Positions 60,054 to 64,000 of a stretch of 64,000 nucleotides of DNA are shown piece by piece (positions within the stretch are counted from its first letter, which is position 1; each line of letters opens with the position of its first letter). The notes under the pieces are model-generated. The model was given only the letters and a program-made list of their open reading frames with translations, searched no databases and had not been told where the DNA came from. The DNA lies in contig NW_013657679.1 of NCBI RefSeq assembly GCF_000142905.1, positions 436,657-500,656 on the forward strand, read 5' to 3'. The stretch comes from Thecamonas trahens ATCC 50062 (lineage: Eukaryota > Protista > Apusomonadida). A program made the translations under genes and the position numbers.

Positions 60054-62204
60054 TTAGGAGGTCTTGGATGTAGAAGTGGAGGCGGGAGCGGGCACAGGCG
60101 CAGGCACAGACGCGGATGTGGTGGAACGCGGTGACTTGGCGGTGCGTGCCATCGAAGTGGCGACGGCAGACATAAGGCCAAAGGCAAAGGCGTTGGGCGC
60201 GAGGCTGGGATTGGCGTCGGCGATTTCGGACTCGATCATGCTCGCCAGGTCGTCCTCGTTGCAGGCGCCAGAGGCAAAGAGGTCGTCGTCGTCGATGGCA
60301 GCAGATGAGGAGGCGGTGCGGGGATCGAGGCCGGAGGCCGGGTCAGACTCGAGGGCAGGATCCACGGCCGGGAGGGCAAAGGCGACGGTGGATACCGGCC
60401 GGGCGTGGATGCGGGGCGTCGAACGGCGGAGCTGGCGGTTGATCTTGCGCTGGCGGTCGATGAGGCGCTTTTGCTCGGCGCGGGCGAGCGCCTCGGAGCG
60501 GAGGGCGGCGATCTCCTCCGAGGTCGGCACGTCGTCGGTGATGATGGCGCGCATAAAGTCCATGAACCTGGTCCGGTACGCGTGGGGCTCGATGGCAGAC
60601 ATGGCGGTCTCGTCGGTGGTCTCCGGGGTAAAGACGAGGTCCGACGAGAGCACGGCTTTCTCCAGGGTGAGTCGGCCGGCCTTGGTGCTCCGCTTGGCGG
60701 ACTTGACCTTGTACGCGTGCTCGAGCTTCTTGATGAGGTTGTATTCTTGCATGATGTCGATGACACCAACAAAGTAAACCTCACGCTCGTCGAGCGGGCG
60801 CGGGTCACTGGGGTCCTCGGAGCGGATGCCGCCAAGGTAGGTCTGGAAGGCAGAACGGAACGGCGGCGGCGGCGGAAGAGGCGGCGGCGGCGGGACGGCC
60901 GAGACCGGCGGGAGCGTTGCCGACGCCGAGCCTGACGATGAGCCCAGCGTCGACGACGACGAAAGCTCCGAAGCGTCCGAGGTTGTCGACGAGTCGAGAA
61001 CCAGGCGCGCTGAGCCGCGGTTCGACGACGACGATGACGAGCACGACGATGACGACGATGACGAGCATGATGACGACGACGACGCCGATGAGAGCCTGGC
61101 ACTCGGGCTCACGGTTGCGGCCGGAGCCGGAGTGTAGATGCCGAGCAGGAGCGAATAATCCATGATGCCGTGGTCGGCAAGCAATGCCGAGTCGCGATCG
61201 AGCTGGTCAAGGAGCAGTTCCTTGACGCCGGGCCCGACGTGGAGACGGCGCTTGAGATTGAGGTCTTTGAGCACCTTCTCGCCCTCGATGATCTGCTTTT
61301 GGGTGACAAGGCGGTCCTTGGTGGAGCCTTTGAGGTCGTAGACCTCGCGGACGCGGAGCGGCGTGTGGAACACGTTGTTCATGACAACAACGCGGACAGT
61401 CTCCGACTTGACCTTGATTTTGTAGAGGCCGAAGAAGCGGGTGAGGAGCGAGTTGTCGCACATGACCATGTGGCGGTAGTAGTCATGGAGATGCTTGCGG
61501 AAGAACGAGAGCTCCGACGAGGCGACGGTCTTGATAATGTACTTGTTGTCCCAGGTGCGGAAGAAGAGCATGCCCGACTTGCCGGCGCCGGTCGAGCCGC
61601 CGAGAAGCGGCGACGAGATCAGCGAATCGACGTAGGCTGGGACCGGAACTCGCCACCGGGTGCGGAGGCGGGCAAAGACGAGCGGTGCGACGTCGACAAT
61701 GACCGTCTTGCCCTTAATCTTCTTGCTGCGGGCCTTGCCCTTGGCCTTGGTCTTGGCTTTGCCCTTGCCCCCGCTCGACGGTTCTTCCTCGCCCACCGAC
61801 GAGCCGTCGTCGGGATGCGCCGAGCCAGCGGCGTTTGCGGCGGTCGACCGCGCGCGATCGGAGGCAGGCCCGTTATCTGTACGGTCGATGGTGGACATGG
61901 CACGGGCCGCGGCGCGCGAGCGAGGGACGGGGACCGACTCAGCGTCGGCAACCTCCCATGGCGCGCGAAGATGCGGAGCGGAGGAAGAGCGGGTGAGGCC
62001 CGGGGCGCCCAGATGGATGACGTGCTTGGTCATGGCCGCGTAGTGTGCGTCGGTGAGCGGAAGGCGGCCGTGGGCCGGAACGCCCGCGGCGTCGGCGTCG
62101 GCAGCCTGCCGCTGCTGGGCGGCGAGGGCGGCGTGGGCCATGGCGTAGGCGAGGTGGACCCCCATGGGGGCGTCTGGGTGTGGAGGTGGTGGGAGGTGGT
62201 CCAT
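60054..62204 (-). CDS. Phosphatidylinositol phosphate kinase (PIP5K family)
   Basis: GKSGMLFF..D.KYIIKT, LLTRFFG, VMNN, YDLKGS, LKDLN, MDYSLLLG, GVIDIMQEY. Confidence 0.92.
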   Translation of the reverse strand: MDHLPPPPHPDAPMGVHLAYAMAHAALAAQQRQAADADAAGVPAHGRLPLTDAHYAAMTKHVIHLGAPGLTRSSSAPHLRAPWEVADAESVPVPRSRAAARAMSTIDRTDNGPASDRARSTAANAAGSAHPDDGSSVGEEEPSSGGKGKAKTKAKGKARSKKIKGKTVIVDVAPLVFARLRTRWRVPVPAYVDSLISSPLLGGSTGAGKSGMLFFRTWDNKYIIKTVASSELSFFRKHLHDYYRHMVMCDNSLLTRFFGLYKIKVKSETVRVVVMNNVFHTPLRVREVYDLKGSTKDRLVTQKQIIEGEKVLKDLNLKRRLHVGPGVKELLLDQLDRDSALLADHGIMDYSLLLGIYTPAPAATVSPSARLSSASSSSSCSSSSSSSCSSSSSSNRGSARLVLDSSTTSDASELSSSSTLGSSSGSASATLPPVSAVPPPPPLPPPPPFRSAFQTYLGGIRSEDPSDPRPLDEREVYFVGVIDIMQEYNLIKKLEHAYKVKSAKRSTKAGRLTLEKAVLSSDLVFTPETTDETAMSAIEPHAYRTRFMDFMRAIITDDVPTSEEIAALRSEALARAEQKRLIDRQRKINRQLRRSTPRIHARPVSTVAFALPAVDPALESDPASGLDPRTASSSAAIDDDDLFASGACNEDDLASMIESEIADANPSLAPNAFAFGLMSAVATSMARTAKSPRSTTSASVPAPVPAPASTSTSKTS

Positions 62205-62365
62205 GAGGGGAGGGGGGGGGGAGGGGGAGGGGGAGGGGGGAGGTGGGGGCGTGGAGTGGCTGCTGCTGCCAAGGCAACGGGCTTTTGTGGTGTTCGCTGC
62301 CCATTTCACGTGGCGGACGTCGTGTTGCGAAAGCCAGCCAAGCCAGCCAGTCAAGTCAGGCAAGG

Positions 62366-62959
62366 TCATGCCGTTCGACCGATGTCGGGCTTGGCGTGCG
62401 AGTGAGCGGTTGTCGACGATCGGGTACAGGCGCGATAGGATACAAAGATGGCGAGGCAAGCAAGGGCTGCAACGGCAAACGAAGAGGTGGGCGAGGAGGC
62501 AAAGGCGGCAGTGAGAGGCGGCGATGGACAGCAGCCGGAGCAGTCGGCGCCCGGGAGGTCCGAGGTGATGCGGCATGAGGCGAGGCACTTGGGCGCGGCA
62601 TGCGGGTGGTTTGGATCGCGCGGGCAAGCGCAGCACATCTCCTGAGAGCAGCCGCAGCAGACATGATCGGCTGGGATGCACGCGCCTGACTCGGTCGACG
62701 GAGCCGTGAGCGAGGAGCAGCAGCGCTCGGCCCGCCGGGCAGCGCTGGGATCTGCCAGCTCCTCGCCGAGCACCAGGGTGCACTCACTCGTCCCGCACAG
62801 CGACTGCGGTGCCAGCTCGTTGAACGTCTCAAACTCGCCGATCTCCATCGTGTCGGGTAGGCGGCGGGTGGTGGCCGGCAGTCTCAGGGCGTCCGCGCCC
62901 ATACATGCCGTCAGCGCCACCAGTACCACGACAGCGAGGGAAGTTGGGATTGTGGCCAT
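62366..62959 (-). CDS. Small cysteine-rich surface protein (signal peptide, C-terminal hydrophobic segment)
   Basis: MATIPTSLAVVVLVALTACMGADA; many Cys including CC pairs; FAVAALACLAIFVSY. Confidence 0.7.
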   Translation of the reverse strand: MATIPTSLAVVVLVALTACMGADALRLPATTRRLPDTMEIGEFETFNELAPQSLCGTSECTLVLGEELADPSAARRAERCCSSLTAPSTESGACIPADHVCCGCSQEMCCACPRDPNHPHAAPKCLASCRITSDLPGADCSGCCPSPPLTAAFASSPTSSFAVAALACLAIFVSYRACTRSSTTAHSHAKPDIGRTA

Positions 62960-63048
62960 GAATGAGATGAGGTTAGCCCAAGGGGAGGAGGGGGAGTGAG
63001 GGGGGTGAGGTGGAAGTGAGCCAGTTAGCCCCCTCTCGACCCTGACCA

Positions 63049-63634
63049 CCCTCACCTCGGCCAACACTGCCCAAACCACCGCTGCCTCTTCCCCCTCCAC
63101 CCCCCCCACCCCACACACACACACATACACACCCCCCCTATCCACGCACACTCGCACTCACACTCGTCTTGCAAGGCGCCCTCCATGACAGCCTTGCACA
63201 GACAAGCACCGGTGCTCCTGCCGGGCCTGTGCTTGCTCGCCATGCGTATGCCCTTCCCTTCCCCCCAATGGTACTTTGAATTANNNNNNNNNNNNNNNNN
63301 NNNNNNNNNNNNNNNNNNNNNNNNNNNNNNNNNNNNNNNNNNNNNNNNNNNNNNNNNNNNNNNNNNNNNNNNNNNNNNNNNNNNNNNNNNNNNNNNNNNN
63401 NNNNNNNNNNNNNNNNNNNNNNNNNNNNNNNNNNNNNNNNNNNNNNNNNNNNNNNNNNNNNNNNNNNNNNNNNNNNNNNNNNNNNNNNNNNNNNNNNNNN
63501 NNNNNNNNNNNNNNNNNNNNNNNNNNNNTTCCCTTCCCCCTCCCACCCCTCCTCCCCCCCCCCCCCCCCCCTCCCCCCCCTCCCCCCTCCCTCACCTCGG
63601 CCAACACTGCCCAAACCACCGCTGCCTCTTCCCC
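63049..63634 (+). repeat. Identical 46-bp direct repeat (63049..63094 and 63589..63634)
   Basis: ccctcacctcggccaacactgcccaaaccaccgctgcctcttcccc occurs twice, on either side of the N-gap. Confidence 0.9.
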
Positions 63635-64000
63635 TGTCACCCCCCCCCTCCCCTTCCCCACTCACCACCCCCACTCCCTCCATGCACATACACACCCGCT
63701 CTGTCGTACCGTCATCCCCTGCTCATTCTCTCCTGCCCCTCGCTCCTGCCACAGTCCTGGCCCAGGCCGCAGCATGCTCCCCCCCATGCAACAACGTCTC
63801 CACCGTGTGCGACACCGCTGCGGGGGCTTGTGTGTGCAAGTCGCCGTACGCCGGTAGCCCGTGCGCACTGCCACTGCCGACCTCTCCGGCTCACTCGGAT
63901 GACGGATACTACACCCGAGGCCTGTTTGTTATCTACGCGCTCCCGGTCCTCCTCCTCCTCCTCACTGTCCTCTTTGGCACACTCTACCTCCGCTGCACCG
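63185..64000 (+). CDS. EGF-like single-pass membrane protein, 3'-partial. Join 63185..63245, 63755..>64000
   Basis: A GTATGC...CACAG intron gives MTALHRQAPVLLPGLCLLAMLLAQAAA-CSPPCNNVSTVCDTAAGACVCKSPYAGSPC then TM LFVIYALPVLLLLLTVLFGTLYL. Not in the ORF track. Confidence 0.75.
   Translation, partial: MTALHRQAPVLLPGLCLLAMRMPFPSPQWYFELXXXXXXXXXXXXXXXXXXXXXXXXXXXXXXXXXXXXXXXXXXXXXXXXXXXXXXXXXXXXXXXXXXXXXXXXXXXXXXXXXXSLPPPTPPPPPPPPSPPSPLPHLGQHCPNHRCLFPCHPPPPLPHSPPPLPPCTYTPALSYRHPLLILSCPSLLPQSWPRPQHAPPHATTSPPCATPLRGLVCASRRTPVARAHCHCRPLRLTRMTDTTPEACLLSTRSRSSSSSSLSSLAHSTSAAP

Noticed and set aside
1-64000. tRNA, rRNA, transposase or reverse transcriptase genes
   Set aside because: None recognised by eye; small ncRNAs in introns or gaps cannot be excluded without tRNAscan-SE or Infernal.

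Overview
GC-rich, very gene-dense, intron-poor eukaryotic (flagellated protist) genomic scaffold with five N-gaps, most bordered by poly-C/poly-G tracts. The style resembles the apusomonad Thecamonas trahens (inference, not verified). About 33 protein-coding genes: IQCH-like, a 10x Calx-beta type I membrane protein, IFT74, an ankyrin protein, three secretory/lysosomal-type peptidases (S10, M28B, S28), a UBL-PUB-UBX protein, 6-phosphogluconolactonase, DnaJB, Chk2, GGPP synthase, an atypical kinase, MIC19-like, a signal-bearing JmjC protein, a TPR protein, mevalonate kinase, TOP3B, prolyl 4-hydroxylase, BTB-BACK-WD40, a giant myosin, SERF, PIP5K and several orphan membrane or coiled-coil proteins. 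I reconstructed several GT-AG introns by hand that the ORF track misses. Most notable: (1) a ~2,890-aa myosin with an LF-acidic N-terminus, Costars-like and WW domains and a tail of ~147-aa W-x-x-W repeats; (2) CLEAR-like GTCACGTG boxes upstream of lysosomal/endosomal-type genes; (3) an inverted 67-bp fragment of the Calx-beta gene just after the IFT74 stop; (4) very short intergenic gaps with AG placed right before many ATGs; (5) three one-base frameshifts, probably sequencing errors. No rRNA, tRNA, CRISPR array or transposon was recognised.
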